From IMG/VR virus record IMGVR_UViG_3300029875_000005, positions 11,208-75,207 of that record: DNA of 64,000 nucleotides; one strand, 5' to 3'. Shown here piece after piece: positions 44,996-54,136 of this stretch (positions within the stretch are counted from its first letter, which is position 1; each line of letters opens with the position of its first letter). Origin of the DNA: a virus. The notes under the pieces were generated by a model, which searched no databases, had not been told where the DNA came from, and saw only the letters and a program-made list of their open reading frames with translations. The translations under genes and the position numbers were made by a program.

Positions 44996-45451
44996 ATGAA
45001 TAAAAACTTAAATGAGTGGATTAAGAATAATCGTAGCAAGCTTATCGCTACTCGAACAAGGGCAGAGAGGTATTTGTTTAGCAAATTACCTCGAAATATA
45101 AGACAGAGTGCAAAAATTCAGCACCCTATCATAGTAAACGACCATGTATACTTCGTTGATATATATCTGCCAAAGATACAAGTCGCTATCGAAGTTGATG
45201 GTTGGTCTCATGCTGCAAAGCAAGAGAAAGACGATTTGCGAGATAAGGAACTTTTGAGTTTGAACATCAAAACTCTTAGGATAAGCAACACAGAAGTGTT
45301 CTGTGATGATATAAGAAATATGCTCATTGATGCAATCAAAGATTATCCTGTCATTAAGAAGTTGACAAAGAAGGAGAAAAAGGAGCGCATCGCAAGACAA
45401 AGAGAGAAACTTAAAGATATTTATCAGAAACTTAAAAATAATTGCGTATAA
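44996..45451 (+). CDS. DUF559 (Vsr-like PD-(D/E)xK) endonuclease-domain protein
   Basis: VAIEVDGWSHAAKQEKDDLRDKELLSLNIKTLRISNTEV is the DUF559 core. Confidence 0.7.
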   Translation: MNKNLNEWIKNNRSKLIATRTRAERYLFSKLPRNIRQSAKIQHPIIVNDHVYFVDIYLPKIQVAIEVDGWSHAAKQEKDDLRDKELLSLNIKTLRISNTEVFCDDIRNMLIDAIKDYPVIKKLTKKEKKERIARQREKLKDIYQKLKNNCV

Positions 45452-45453
45452 TT

Positions 45454-45915
45454 ATGAAGAAGATTTTGTTAGCGACCTTAGTTGTCGCAAGTTTGTTCAC
45501 CTCTTGTAAGGAGCACTTCTCTGACGGAGAGCGTGTAGGTACAGTTACCAAGTTTAGCAAGGCTGGTGTTTTTTGGGATTCTTGGGATGGTCTCTTGAAC
45601 ATTACTCAGACAGGAATGAACTCCAGTGGAGAGCCATTCACTTTCTCTATTGATAATGACCGCAACGACCAACAGAAACTCATCGACACCTTGGTTAAGG
45701 CACAGGTGGAGGGATGGAAGGTCAAGATTAAATATCACCAAGTATGGGGTGCGAAGAATGTTTTCAACAATCGCGGTGAGAGTGATTTTTTCGTAGATGA
45801 TGTAATCGTTCTTGATAAGAATTTCTCTAAGATTGGCGATATAGTGAAGGGAACTTCCAAGCCGAGTGCAAGCGTTCCTAAGCGTGACACCATCCTAGTG
45901 AAGATAGTTAAGTAA
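45454..45915 (+). CDS. Lipoprotein
   Basis: MKKILLATLVVASLFTSC has a signal peptide plus lipobox. The ATG is at 45454 (the listed start is TTG). Confidence 0.7.
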   Translation: MKKILLATLVVASLFTSCKEHFSDGERVGTVTKFSKAGVFWDSWDGLLNITQTGMNSSGEPFTFSIDNDRNDQQKLIDTLVKAQVEGWKVKIKYHQVWGAKNVFNNRGESDFFVDDVIVLDKNFSKIGDIVKGTSKPSASVPKRDTILVKIVK

Positions 45916-45957
45916 CTAATCGCCCTCTCTTAGGAGGGGGCTTTTTAATTATAGCGT

Positions 45958-46209
45958 ATGAAAGAAGAAGATTTAAAGAAAGCTATTGAGTTGAAGGATA
46001 AACTTGATAGCGAAAGACAACTTTTAAGGTTTGTACATTTTCCGTCTGTGTATTTAAGAGTTAATCTTGAAGAAAACAGCGACCACGGACGTATTCGTAA
46101 CATAGATTACCTTCTCGATAATGATGTTATCAAAGGACTGAGAGCGATGGTTATCGCCAATATCGAGAAGAGAATTAATGACTTACTGGAAGAATTAAAA
46201 AAGTTGTAG
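45958..46209 (+). CDS. Hypothetical small protein
   Basis: 83 aa. Confidence 0.5.
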   Translation: MKEEDLKKAIELKDKLDSERQLLRFVHFPSVYLRVNLEENSDHGRIRNIDYLLDNDVIKGLRAMVIANIEKRINDLLEELKKL

Positions 46210-46213
46210 GCTT

Positions 46214-46495
46214 ATGGGAAGTTTTATAAAAGAGCGTCTTATTTTTGCATACTGCTGGACGCATTCGACCGGTAGATGTAAGGATTGCACTTGTTGTTAC
46301 ACCTTCAAGAAATGTAAGCACTTCGTAAATTCTTTTTGGAAGATACACCGCTACAGGCATTATCACAAGACAAAAGCGAAATATCCATGTACGCTTGTCG
46401 AGTTTAGGAAGAGAGTTAGACCATTTGATGCTTTTAATGAACGCATCGCTAAGATGAAAGAGAAGAATGGAAAGGCTTGCAAAGGTAATGGATAA
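46214..46495 (+). CDS. Cys/His/Lys-rich small protein
   Basis: 93 aa containing CWTHSTGRCKDCTCCYTFKKCKH. Confidence 0.45.
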   Translation: MGSFIKERLIFAYCWTHSTGRCKDCTCCYTFKKCKHFVNSFWKIHRYRHYHKTKAKYPCTLVEFRKRVRPFDAFNERIAKMKEKNGKACKGNG

Positions 46496-46922
46496 GTACT
46501 TGAAGGAAGCTGTCGCTGATTGGAATAAGAAGGAAGTTCTGACCCTCACCATCAGCAAGCAATGGTTCGACATGATTCTATCAGGCGAGAAGACAGAGGA
46601 GTATCGGGTGATTAAAGGTTTTTGGATGAGTCGTCTTCTCCTTATCAAGGATGAAGAGTGCAAAGATTTCGATAAGTACAAAAAACTCCACATAGGAAAG
46701 AACGAGGAAATGCTTATAGATACCGACACTATCAAGAAATTGTTGGATGATGGTACTATGAAGTTCATACCCTTTACCTACGTACTCTTCAAAAATGGCT
46801 ACTATGACGATAGCCCAAAGGTTGTGAAGGAGATTGAGAGTATTACCATCGGCAAGCCTAAGAAAGGCTTATGCCCCGATAAATGGCTTGATACTGAGTT
46901 TTTTATCATTAAATTTAAGTAG
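46467..46922 (+). CDS. ASCH-domain protein (PUA-like fold)
   Basis: LTISKQWFDMILSGEKTEEYR is the ASCH N-terminal signature, and the C-terminal FKNGYYDD...ITIGKP fits. An alternative start lies at 46488. Confidence 0.7.
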   Translation: MERLAKVMDKYLKEAVADWNKKEVLTLTISKQWFDMILSGEKTEEYRVIKGFWMSRLLLIKDEECKDFDKYKKLHIGKNEEMLIDTDTIKKLLDDGTMKFIPFTYVLFKNGYYDDSPKVVKEIESITIGKPKKGLCPDKWLDTEFFIIKFK

Positions 46923-46925
46923 CGT

Positions 46926-47159
46926 ATGACAAACAAGGATTTTTATAATGCTCATCTAGGTAAGCGAGTTCTTTATAAGGGCAAGGATATTGGCGCATAT
47001 GTAGCAGGGTATATTGAAGATAAGTATATCATATTAGGTTTTAATGATTATACTGGCTGCATTCTATACTTTACATCTAAAGTGTATAAAACGCTTGGCG
47101 AAACATATAACTCTTACCGATTCGCAAAGTTGAAGTATTTGGAAGTAATAGAATCTTAG
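46926..47159 (+). CDS. Hypothetical small protein
   Basis: 77 aa. Confidence 0.5.
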   Translation: MTNKDFYNAHLGKRVLYKGKDIGAYVAGYIEDKYIILGFNDYTGCILYFTSKVYKTLGETYNSYRFAKLKYLEVIES

Positions 47160-47161
47160 TT

Positions 47162-47854
47162 ATGAAAAAGGAAGATAGAATCAAAGTTTGGGAGAAGTAC
47201 GGCCATCATTGCGCATACTGCGGAAAAGAAATAAAGTTCGAAGATATGCAAGTAGACCATTTCGTTCCCAAGAATCGTGGCGGTTACCCTCGTTGGAGTG
47301 ATAAGGAAGGTAAGTATGTCGTTTCTCATGGTGAGGATAGTATGGAGAATTACATGCCTTCTTGCCGCGCCTGTAACTTTAGAAAGCGTGATATGGGTAT
47401 CGAACTATTCCGTGAATCTATAAAGGAACAGGCGAAAGGTCTGCTAACAGGTGCTGCAAAGTTCAAAGTAAGTATGAGTATCGCTTATGGTCTGCTTACT
47501 CCTTCTTTCAACAAGCCTATCGTATTCTATTTTGAGAAATGTATGAATTACAAAGATAGACTTACGAAATATACTCAAGGAAGGCTGTCAGAATTATCAA
47601 ATGTTGACGATTATGAACCAAACAAATTAGCGTTAACTAACCTGTTGTGGTTTCTTGACAAGGTAATCAGTAATGAAGTGATTGTCGCAAAGCTTAAAAT
47701 CATGTCTGATGCAGACAGGAAACGAATGAAATACCTTTCTAGGTATGATGGTAACGAATCGTTATACGATGATGAATATTCCAAGGCAGAAAGTACTATA
47801 GCCAAGGAGTGCTTGAAGTATTTACAGAACAAAAAAGAAGTAGCGTATGACTAG
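47162..47854 (+). CDS. HNH endonuclease
   Basis: HHCAYCGKEI...VDHFVPKNRGG...SCRACNFRK is an HNH zinc-finger nuclease core. The C-terminal ~130 aa are of unknown function. Confidence 0.8.
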   Translation: MKKEDRIKVWEKYGHHCAYCGKEIKFEDMQVDHFVPKNRGGYPRWSDKEGKYVVSHGEDSMENYMPSCRACNFRKRDMGIELFRESIKEQAKGLLTGAAKFKVSMSIAYGLLTPSFNKPIVFYFEKCMNYKDRLTKYTQGRLSELSNVDDYEPNKLALTNLLWFLDKVISNEVIVAKLKIMSDADRKRMKYLSRYDGNESLYDDEYSKAESTIAKECLKYLQNKKEVAYD

Positions 47855-48080
47855 TATTAGAAAAGCTAAAAAGCAAATGAAGAAGGCTCGTCCCTATTGG
47901 GAAAGTCAAGGTTACAGGTTTAGGCGCAAGGCTAAGATAATCAGGTATTCGTTGAAGTCTTTGCTTGGTGATTATAGCACTAAATGGATATACTACTGCT
48001 TTGTTAATATGGATGGGCGAATACAAAATCACTTTCCTATCCGGATAGAATCAAAGAGATACAGAAAAAGCAGAGCCTAG
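47847..48080 (+). CDS. Small basic protein
   Basis: 77 aa, K/R-rich. Confidence 0.45.
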   Translation: MTSIRKAKKQMKKARPYWESQGYRFRRKAKIIRYSLKSLLGDYSTKWIYYCFVNMDGRIQNHFPIRIESKRYRKSRA

Positions 48081-48493
48081 TGCCCTGCTTTTTCCTTGTC
48101 TTCACGTTCTCGTTTCTCAGCTATAGCCTGTCTGATCCATTCGGCTTTGTTGCGTCCTAGGGATTCGAAAAACTCAAACGTTTTTTCGTTTACATGCGTC
48201 ACAACCCTGTAGATGAGGGCAGCTGCGCCCTTGCTCGGTGCTCCGGCTCGCTCTCTGCGACCACCCCACCCTGGATGCTGACTGACCTTGCATTGCTGAA
48301 CCTTGCCCTTGCTATTGATGCGGAACTTCATTTTCAGCCGGTCATTTACCCATACTTCAGCAATTACCGCATCGGGCGTCTGCTGAAGGGTAGATTTGGC
48401 AATACCGATAAGATAGGCTTTATCCTTGAAAAAGGTCTCTGTCTCATCGAGTATCGCCCAATCATCGTAGATTATGATTCTTGCCCTTTCCAT
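48077..48493 (-). CDS. Protein with C-terminal ribbon-helix-helix-like segment
   Basis: NKAEWIRQAIAEKRERE resembles a CopG/RHH helix. The call is tentative. Confidence 0.4.
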   Translation of the reverse strand: MERARIIIYDDWAILDETETFFKDKAYLIGIAKSTLQQTPDAVIAEVWVNDRLKMKFRINSKGKVQQCKVSQHPGWGGRRERAGAPSKGAAALIYRVVTHVNEKTFEFFESLGRNKAEWIRQAIAEKREREDKEKAGH

Positions 48494-48725
48494 ATTCTCA
48501 ACCTAATATTGCCATCAGTATCGTGAATAAGAAGATAAAGAGCACGAACCATTCCTGTTTACTCATAGCTTACCCCCTTTCTTCTTCTCTTGCGATGATA
48601 AATTTGAAGTGCTTTAACAACTCTGTGGTCTTCTTTCCAACCAAAAGAAGCTTTAATCACTCGTTTCGTCCAATATCGTTTCTTCTTTTCTGAACCGAGA
48701 AGTATCTTCTTTACTAGTCTTGCTT

Positions 48726-49088
48726 TCATTGCTTACCTCCTTTCTTGTCGAATTTATTGCCAACTACTTTTAGTTGCCTGTTACGCAACATTCTCCCTAA
48801 AGTATTTGGGTAGAGAACAGGGTGTTCTGTATAGACCAAACTAAAACTAGTGTTGCCTTGATTCCAAACCACCTCGAAGATGCTGTCTGTCTTTTCACAT
48901 CTGAGCAAATCATGCTCATAGATAGGAAAACCGTTACAATCCCGTGCGCCTGTAAATTGGCAGAGGGTGTTGGTGTCTATAGTAGGATTAATATTTCCTC
49001 TCGAAAAGAACTGACTATTAGCATAAGGTTTGCAATCTAACCACATTTCTGTATCAATTAGCTTTGCCTTGAAATTGATTTCGCTCAT
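48726..49088 (-). CDS. YopX-family protein
   Basis: INFKAKLID...LCQFTGARDCNGFPIYEHDLL matches the YopX pattern. Confidence 0.7.
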   Translation of the reverse strand: MSEINFKAKLIDTEMWLDCKPYANSQFFSRGNINPTIDTNTLCQFTGARDCNGFPIYEHDLLRCEKTDSIFEVVWNQGNTSFSLVYTEHPVLYPNTLGRMLRNRQLKVVGNKFDKKGGKQ

Positions 49089-49372
49089 TTCTCCCCTCCT
49101 TCCTCGATTACTCCTATCGGTTTGATGTCGTTCACACTTTCATCCTCGGTGAAGAAGGAAACCTTCATCATGTCGCTCACGTAGGCCATAGCCACAACAT
49201 CTTCATGTGCGTTCTTGATGATACAGATGTCTCCTCTTACCTCGTTCTGCATTTTCAGATACTTCACGGCTGCATCCTTCACCGCCAAAGGATTCATTTT
49301 CTTTGTTATCGTCTCACCCGACTGAGGGAAGACGAAGATAAATTCTTGCTTATTCATATTCTTAAAAATCAA
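49085..49372 (-). CDS. Hypothetical protein
   Basis: 95 aa. Confidence 0.5.
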   Translation of the reverse strand: MIFKNMNKQEFIFVFPQSGETITKKMNPLAVKDAAVKYLKMQNEVRGDICIIKNAHEDVVAMAYVSDMMKVSFFTEDESVNDIKPIGVIEEGGEK

Positions 49373-49736
49373 ATAATTCTAGTTGTACATATCTCTTCTT
49401 CGGGAGTAGATTTTCTATTTCCTTCAGTATCTTAGCTGCGCTCTTACAAACAGAACTATTTCGGTTGCGCTCTTGTTCTATCTGTACGTTAAGCCAATGT
49501 TTTACCCAATTCAAAGCATGCTCTATGGCATCTTCCTGTGTCTTGAACCAATTCGTGTTGCTGAGGTTAGTTCCAAACGCCCCTCCTCTATCTGCTAGCA
49601 TGTACGTCACACCATACGTCCACTTTCCTCTAACATAAGCTGTGGATATTTCGATATGGGGGATTCCGCTGCCGATTTCTGTCTTGTCAGGATTCTTGCA
49701 TACACCGAACTCGTTGAATAGAAATTTCTTTATCAT
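49362..49736 (-). CDS. Hypothetical protein
   Basis: 124 aa. Confidence 0.55.
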   Translation of the reverse strand: MIKKFLFNEFGVCKNPDKTEIGSGIPHIEISTAYVRGKWTYGVTYMLADRGGAFGTNLSNTNWFKTQEDAIEHALNWVKHWLNVQIEQERNRNSSVCKSAAKILKEIENLLPKKRYVQLELFDF

Positions 49737-50005
49737 TATTCCATTTCACTTTCTGTTATCAACAACTCATCAAACATAATACTATCCTTGCATGAGCAGC
49801 TCCATGATGATTCGTCCTTGTCTTCAGACACTTCATAGTTATCGGGATATTTCTCCTTGTAGAAGTCTAGGATATTATTCTCCTCTTCTGCCATCTGCTC
49901 CTTTGCTGCGGTCTTGGTGGAGTAAACTCCGATAACATTAACGGACGAATAGTCTTGGTTGTCTGCTCCGTGCTTAATCAACACAAATAATTTCTGTTTC
50001 TTCAT
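49736..50005 (-). CDS. Hypothetical protein
   Basis: 89 aa. Confidence 0.5.
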   Translation of the reverse strand: MKKQKLFVLIKHGADNQDYSSVNVIGVYSTKTAAKEQMAEEENNILDFYKEKYPDNYEVSEDKDESSWSCSCKDSIMFDELLITESEME

Positions 50006-50006
50006 C

Positions 50007-50180
50007 TTACTCGCCCTCCTTCTCTTCTACATCAAACGAAACACTTTCCAACTCGCCATTCTCCAAACAACCCAAATCGTACAAACGTCTTGCGGCATTC
50101 TCTGCGTCTTCGGATGATGCTGCGTCTAGCGGTACCTTGTAGGTGATTTTCTCTACGATTTCAACTTCATACCTTTTCAT
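50007..50180 (-). CDS. Hypothetical small protein
   Basis: Start taken at MKRYEVEIV. Confidence 0.45.
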   Translation of the reverse strand: MKRYEVEIVEKITYKVPLDAASSEDAENAARRLYDLGCLENGELESVSFDVEEKEGE

Positions 50181-50335
50181 AATCAAATCCTTTCTTTTAA
50201 AAATTAATACTAGTGGGCGGATGGTACGTTGCAACCATCTGTATCGGCTTGAATACCGAATTCGCCCTATATATAACAACAACAACTATTTTCTCTTCTC
50301 GTTTATCTTTTCAAGACAAGTGCTCTTGTCTACGC

Positions 50336-50578
50336 TTACATATCCTCTACAATATCTTCAAAACTCTTCTTCTTAATCTCCATGGAAATCAGACTGCTTA
50401 TGTCTAGAACTTTCGTTTCCTCGTACTCTCTGGACGTATCGTCATGGATATATATACAGAAACTATCTATCTCGTATCTGTCGCTATTGAACAGAGTATA
50501 GCTTGATGTAGGAAAGCGGAAAATGATTCTGCTCCAATCCTTTTTATCCAACAGATTTTTAACAACTGAATTAGTCAT
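50336..50578 (-). CDS. Hypothetical protein
   Basis: 80 aa. Confidence 0.5.
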   Translation of the reverse strand: MTNSVVKNLLDKKDWSRIIFRFPTSSYTLFNSDRYEIDSFCIYIHDDTSREYEETKVLDISSLISMEIKKKSFEDIVEDM

Positions 50579-50623
50579 ACTTGAAATGGTTTGTGAGGGA
50601 GATTTCTCTCCCTCGGGTTAAAC

Positions 50624-51118
50624 TTACTCCTTCAACAGACTTTCTACAAGTTCTTCCTTTGTGGCGAAGACGTCTACACCCTTGGTGTATGTACTATCAT
50701 GTTTTAATAAAACCTTACAGCATTCCCTGTCTTCATTCTTTTCAAGGATGACGCGAGTAATCGTCTTCTCAGCTATCTTGTTATCACGCAATAGGAAAAC
50801 CTGTTGGCCAACATAGAAGTTGGTTTTAAGATTTGTCTTTGCTCGTTCCTGTACTTCCCAATCAGACGATAATTCCATACATGCGTACACTTCCTTGCCT
50901 TCTGAGAGGTCTTTGGTGATGTGCTCGAAGATTTCCTGTTCTGTAGGCTCTCGCTCTTCTCCGGTCTCTTCATCATCGATGGTGTAAATACTATATTCCC
51001 AACCTTCCTTGTCTACAAGTTTGAGTCCGGCTGCCTGTGCCTTTACTACGTCTTGTATGGTGTTAATCTCAACTCCTACAAAATTGTCACTCAATCTAAC
51101 TGCCTTAGTTGTCTTCAT
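50624..51118 (-). CDS. Hypothetical protein
   Basis: 164 aa. Confidence 0.55.
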   Translation of the reverse strand: MKTTKAVRLSDNFVGVEINTIQDVVKAQAAGLKLVDKEGWEYSIYTIDDEETGEEREPTEQEIFEHITKDLSEGKEVYACMELSSDWEVQERAKTNLKTNFYVGQQVFLLRDNKIAEKTITRVILEKNEDRECCKVLLKHDSTYTKGVDVFATKEELVESLLKE

Positions 51119-51288
51119 AATTTTATCTCCTATAATTTAAATTGCTCCAAACTTCTTTGATAAATAATATCGGAAAACGATTGCTTGTGCCCTTGATATG
51201 GCGATACGTTCTCCTTTTGTGGCCTCCTCGTTGCTGAAAGCTAGAAGGAGGTCACTTAACTTCTGTAAATCATCTGCGCTCATAGTCT

Positions 51289-51606
51289 TTACTTGTTAAT
51301 GACTTTAGCATCATAAGTTCTGCCGATAATCTTGTCTATCTTTGCTTGCTGCTGATAATCTGTGCAGTCGGCAAAGTTCTCCTGTCCCTCATAGAAACGT
51401 GCTGCATTCTTCAGCTCATGGAGTGTTGCTTGTGTGTAGTCCTTGTTAGGATCAACTTGCCTAAGGTTCTCACATGTCTTGCAATACTCGATGAAGTCTA
51501 CAAGCAAAGATTTCTCCTCGCTCTTGCTCTGCTGCATTCCGGCTCCCATAAGAGGTAGGGCAACTATCGTTGCCACTACCAACACTATCTTAATTCTCTT
51601 TTTCAT
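51289..51606 (-). CDS. Secreted or membrane-anchored small protein
   Basis: N-terminal signal-like MKKRIKIVLVVATIVALPLMGAG. Confidence 0.55.
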   Translation of the reverse strand: MKKRIKIVLVVATIVALPLMGAGMQQSKSEEKSLLVDFIEYCKTCENLRQVDPNKDYTQATLHELKNAARFYEGQENFADCTDYQQQAKIDKIIGRTYDAKVINK

Positions 51607-51672
51607 ATTACTCGTCCTCCATGTCTTTTGCTGCTCTCAGTCTGTAGCCTGTAAGACTGCCAACTAAGAAGA

Positions 51673-51972
51673 TTAATACATAAATTGTGATGTCCATACC
51701 CTAACATGTTTTTGCTTGTTATTTATTTCGTTTACTGCTGACTGAAGCAAAAGGCTTGAAACCTCGGTTGGCTCGTCTATAATATCAACAAAAGTGACTT
51801 CCTTCGTTTCGTTGTTCAGAAACTCCACATAGTCGGGATTTAGACGTTTATACACTACGTATTCCACTCCGTTGATTTTTGTGGTAATGGTATCATGGTC
51901 TTCTCTGAGATAGTCGCTTATCTCGTTGAATAGACGCCAATACTCTTTCAAAGCTAAAATTTTCTTCATCAT
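51673..51972 (-). CDS. Hypothetical protein
   Basis: 99 aa. Confidence 0.5.
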   Translation of the reverse strand: MMKKILALKEYWRLFNEISDYLREDHDTITTKINGVEYVVYKRLNPDYVEFLNNETKEVTFVDIIDEPTEVSSLLLQSAVNEINNKQKHVRVWTSQFMY

Positions 51973-51976
51973 ATTG

Positions 51977-52207
51977 CTAATATTTTAAAATCTTTTTGAT
52001 TACTGCGGCTGCGAGAACATCGTTAGCGGTTATAGGTCTCGGCTCTGTTATGCTTTCTGCCCATGCTGCACCGCCAAAATACCAATGGTCTCTCCTCCAT
52101 TCCTCACAAAACTTCTCGGCCTCCCAACGTGTAGGAAACTCCTTTTCTCTCATTTCCGAGTGCGGTCTGCTGCCATACTCGTAATGTGCTACATGATGTA
52201 CTTTCAT
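51977..52207 (-). CDS. Hypothetical protein
   Basis: 76 aa. Confidence 0.5.
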   Translation of the reverse strand: MKVHHVAHYEYGSRPHSEMREKEFPTRWEAEKFCEEWRRDHWYFGGAAWAESITEPRPITANDVLAAAVIKKILKY

Positions 52208-52230
52208 ATCAATTTCCTTTCTTTTAATTG

Positions 52231-52425
52231 TTATGAATTATAAAAATTAATAGGCTCATAATCTCTGTTTCTGCAATCGTTTCCTTCCTCATGATAAGGG
52301 CATTTATTGTCTTTCTTATAGTAACTGCCAAGGCGGTCATTCATACCCATACTAGATACTACAAGTCGATTGCATTTGCCATTTCTGAATGCAAATCTGC
52401 AAGATAAACAAATATTCTCTTCCAT
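52231..52425 (-). CDS. Cys-rich small protein
   Basis: CLSC...C...C..H...C. Confidence 0.45.
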   Translation of the reverse strand: MEENICLSCRFAFRNGKCNRLVVSSMGMNDRLGSYYKKDNKCPYHEEGNDCRNRDYEPINFYNS

Positions 52426-52508
52426 TTCTGTTTCTTTATTAATTGTTATACTTGTGCGGTCTCACGGCTTGAACGTGATGTGCTCCTCTATTCGCTGACC
52501 GCTCTGTG

Positions 52509-52754
52509 TTACTTCTTGCCAAAGTTGAAGATTCTAACGAACTGATAGAAGGTTTTGTGTCCTACAAGGTGAAACAAGTCTTCAAAGATATACTCCTTGC
52601 ATTCCTTTGTTCCTTCTCTGTACACATCTTGCATCTGCTTTGCGGTCATATAACCGCTAGTAAGCCATTCGAAGAATAATGCACCTAAACTCTCGTAGTC
52701 GTTGTTCTTGTCATAGAACTTCTTCTGCTGCTCGTAAGTTTTGTTCTTTCTCAT
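52509..52754 (-). CDS. Hypothetical protein
   Basis: 81 aa. Confidence 0.5.
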   Translation of the reverse strand: MRKNKTYEQQKKFYDKNNDYESLGALFFEWLTSGYMTAKQMQDVYREGTKECKEYIFEDLFHLVGHKTFYQFVRIFNFGKK

Positions 52755-52771
52755 ATTCTTATCTCCTATCT

Positions 52772-52954
52772 TTAAGATTCTATACCATTTAATTTAAGGG
52801 CAATTGCCTTTAAGTTCTCAATTCTCTGTTGTGCATTCGGTGTGAGTTCTGCACCACAAATAAGAACTGCTTGTGAAAGGTTCATTACCTTATCGTATAT
52901 AGCGAGAGTGATGCTTGAAATCTCATCACTTGTAAGCGTTATTGTCTTGTCCAT
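52772..52954 (-). CDS. Small protein, tandem paralogue A
   Basis: MDKTITLTSDEISSITLAIYD. Confidence 0.5.
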   Translation of the reverse strand: MDKTITLTSDEISSITLAIYDKVMNLSQAVLICGAELTPNAQQRIENLKAIALKLNGIES

Positions 52955-52966
52955 TTTCTTATCGTT

Positions 52967-53134
52967 TTAATTGTTCAACTTTGCTTTAATCTCTTTAAAC
53001 TCCTTCAATCGCTTGTGCGCTATGGGAGTGCCTTCGTTTTTTGAAAGATAATCCTCTAGAAGGATTATTCTATCTTCAATAGCTGATGTGATATTGTATA
53101 TCTCATCGCCCGAAAGTGTTATTGTCTTCTCCAT
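52967..53134 (-). CDS. Small protein, tandem paralogue B (55 aa, not in ORF track)
   Basis: My translation is MEKTITLSGDEIYNITSAIEDRIILLEDYLSKNEGTPIAHKRLKEFKEIKAKLNN. It shares its N-terminus with 52772..52954. Confidence 0.45.
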   Translation of the reverse strand: MEKTITLSGDEIYNITSAIEDRIILLEDYLSKNEGTPIAHKRLKEFKEIKAKLNN

Positions 53135-53139
53135 AAGCC

Positions 53140-53400
53140 TTATTTTAATCTTGTTATTATTGCTTTGATGATAATCTCACAACTTTCTGTTGAATACTCA
53201 CTCTTACGCTCGTAAGACGTGTAATAGTTGTCGTATCTGTCCTTGCTGCGTCCAACATACTTGTAACCTTGCTTTTTAAGGCTTTGTTTCAGCATTTCAA
53301 GTTCCTTGTCGTTAAGGTACTCCGTGCATATTGGCTCCATTTTTACTCTGTCCGCATATCTTTCGATTCTGCGGTATTCTACGAAATTACTTGCTGCCAT
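53140..53400 (-). CDS. Small protein, tandem paralogue pair member
   Basis: ...GYKYVGRSKDRYDNYYTSY...ITRLK. Confidence 0.55.
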   Translation of the reverse strand: MAASNFVEYRRIERYADRVKMEPICTEYLNDKELEMLKQSLKKQGYKYVGRSKDRYDNYYTSYERKSEYSTESCEIIIKAIITRLK

Positions 53401-53404
53401 AGTC

Positions 53405-53668
53405 TTATTTTAATTTTGTTATTGTTACTAAGTAGATAACTTCACGTTCCAGTAGTGAAAATTCATCATTCACTAACGCATACTTGGTGTAATAGCGTCC
53501 GTGTGTATCTTTAAAGCGTCCTACGTACTTGTAGCCAACTAACTTGATAGTTTTTTTTATGAGTTTTAATGCATTCTCGCTAAGTACTTTGGATAAATCT
53601 CCATTCCGAAATATATCTCCGTTTGTTTGTCTGATAACGCTGTATATGTTTACCAAATATTTTTCCAT
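53405..53668 (-). CDS. Small protein, tandem paralogue pair member
   Basis: ...GYKYVGRFKDTHGRYYTKY...ITKLK. Confidence 0.55.
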   Translation of the reverse strand: MEKYLVNIYSVIRQTNGDIFRNGDLSKVLSENALKLIKKTIKLVGYKYVGRFKDTHGRYYTKYALVNDEFSLLEREVIYLVTITKLK

Positions 53669-53684
53669 AATCTTTTGTCTGTTA

Positions 53685-53746
53685 GGCGTGGGGAGGGGCG
53701 TTAGCCCCGCGGGGGCGCTGCCCCCTTATCTCCCCACATTCTTACT
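53685..53746. repeat. GC-rich multi-hairpin element, copy 1
   Basis: GGGGAG[GGGC-GTTA-GCCC]..[GGGGGC-GCT-GCCCCC]TTATCTCCCC, then ATTCTTACT. About 80% GC in a roughly 42% GC genome. Confidence 0.75.
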
Positions 53747-54131
53747 TACTCATTTCATACACCCAAAGTCTCCCTTCATGATGCCAAGCGTAATGTTCTG
53801 CTTGCCACCTTTCATTGAATTGAGCGATAATCTTTGGTTCTTCCTCGGGTTCTGAGAATTCCTGTACTACGATATACGTCTTCATGCACTTGCCTTCATC
53901 TTTGAACACTCCAAAGTATTGTTCGAAATCTTTGAACACAAGTATATCAACAAGTTTACCTCTGTACATTACAGGGAATTTCCCGATAAACGGATATTCT
54001 CCCCAATACTCTTTGATGTACTCATCATTGTCTTCATATGTGTTAGGGTAAACCTCGTCTTCGTCTTGTATTACGTAACCTTCATCGGTGTAGCGAAGGT
54101 CACAAATGTAATAGTCTGCTAACTTTGCCAT
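53742..54131 (-). CDS. Hypothetical protein (early leftward unit)
   Basis: 129 aa. Confidence 0.55.
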   Translation of the reverse strand: MAKLADYYICDLRYTDEGYVIQDEDEVYPNTYEDNDEYIKEYWGEYPFIGKFPVMYRGKLVDILVFKDFEQYFGVFKDEGKCMKTYIVVQEFSEPEEEPKIIAQFNERWQAEHYAWHHEGRLWVYEMSK

Positions 54132-54136
54132 AGTCT

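Noticed and set aside
53544-53855. ORF sharing a 'GALPPYLP' peptide with ORFs 55249..55431 and 55256..55561
   Set aside because: The shared peptide is simply the translated GC-rich DNA repeat (GGGGGCGCTGCCCCCTTATCTCCCC). These ORFs cross gene boundaries and lie antisense to real genes.
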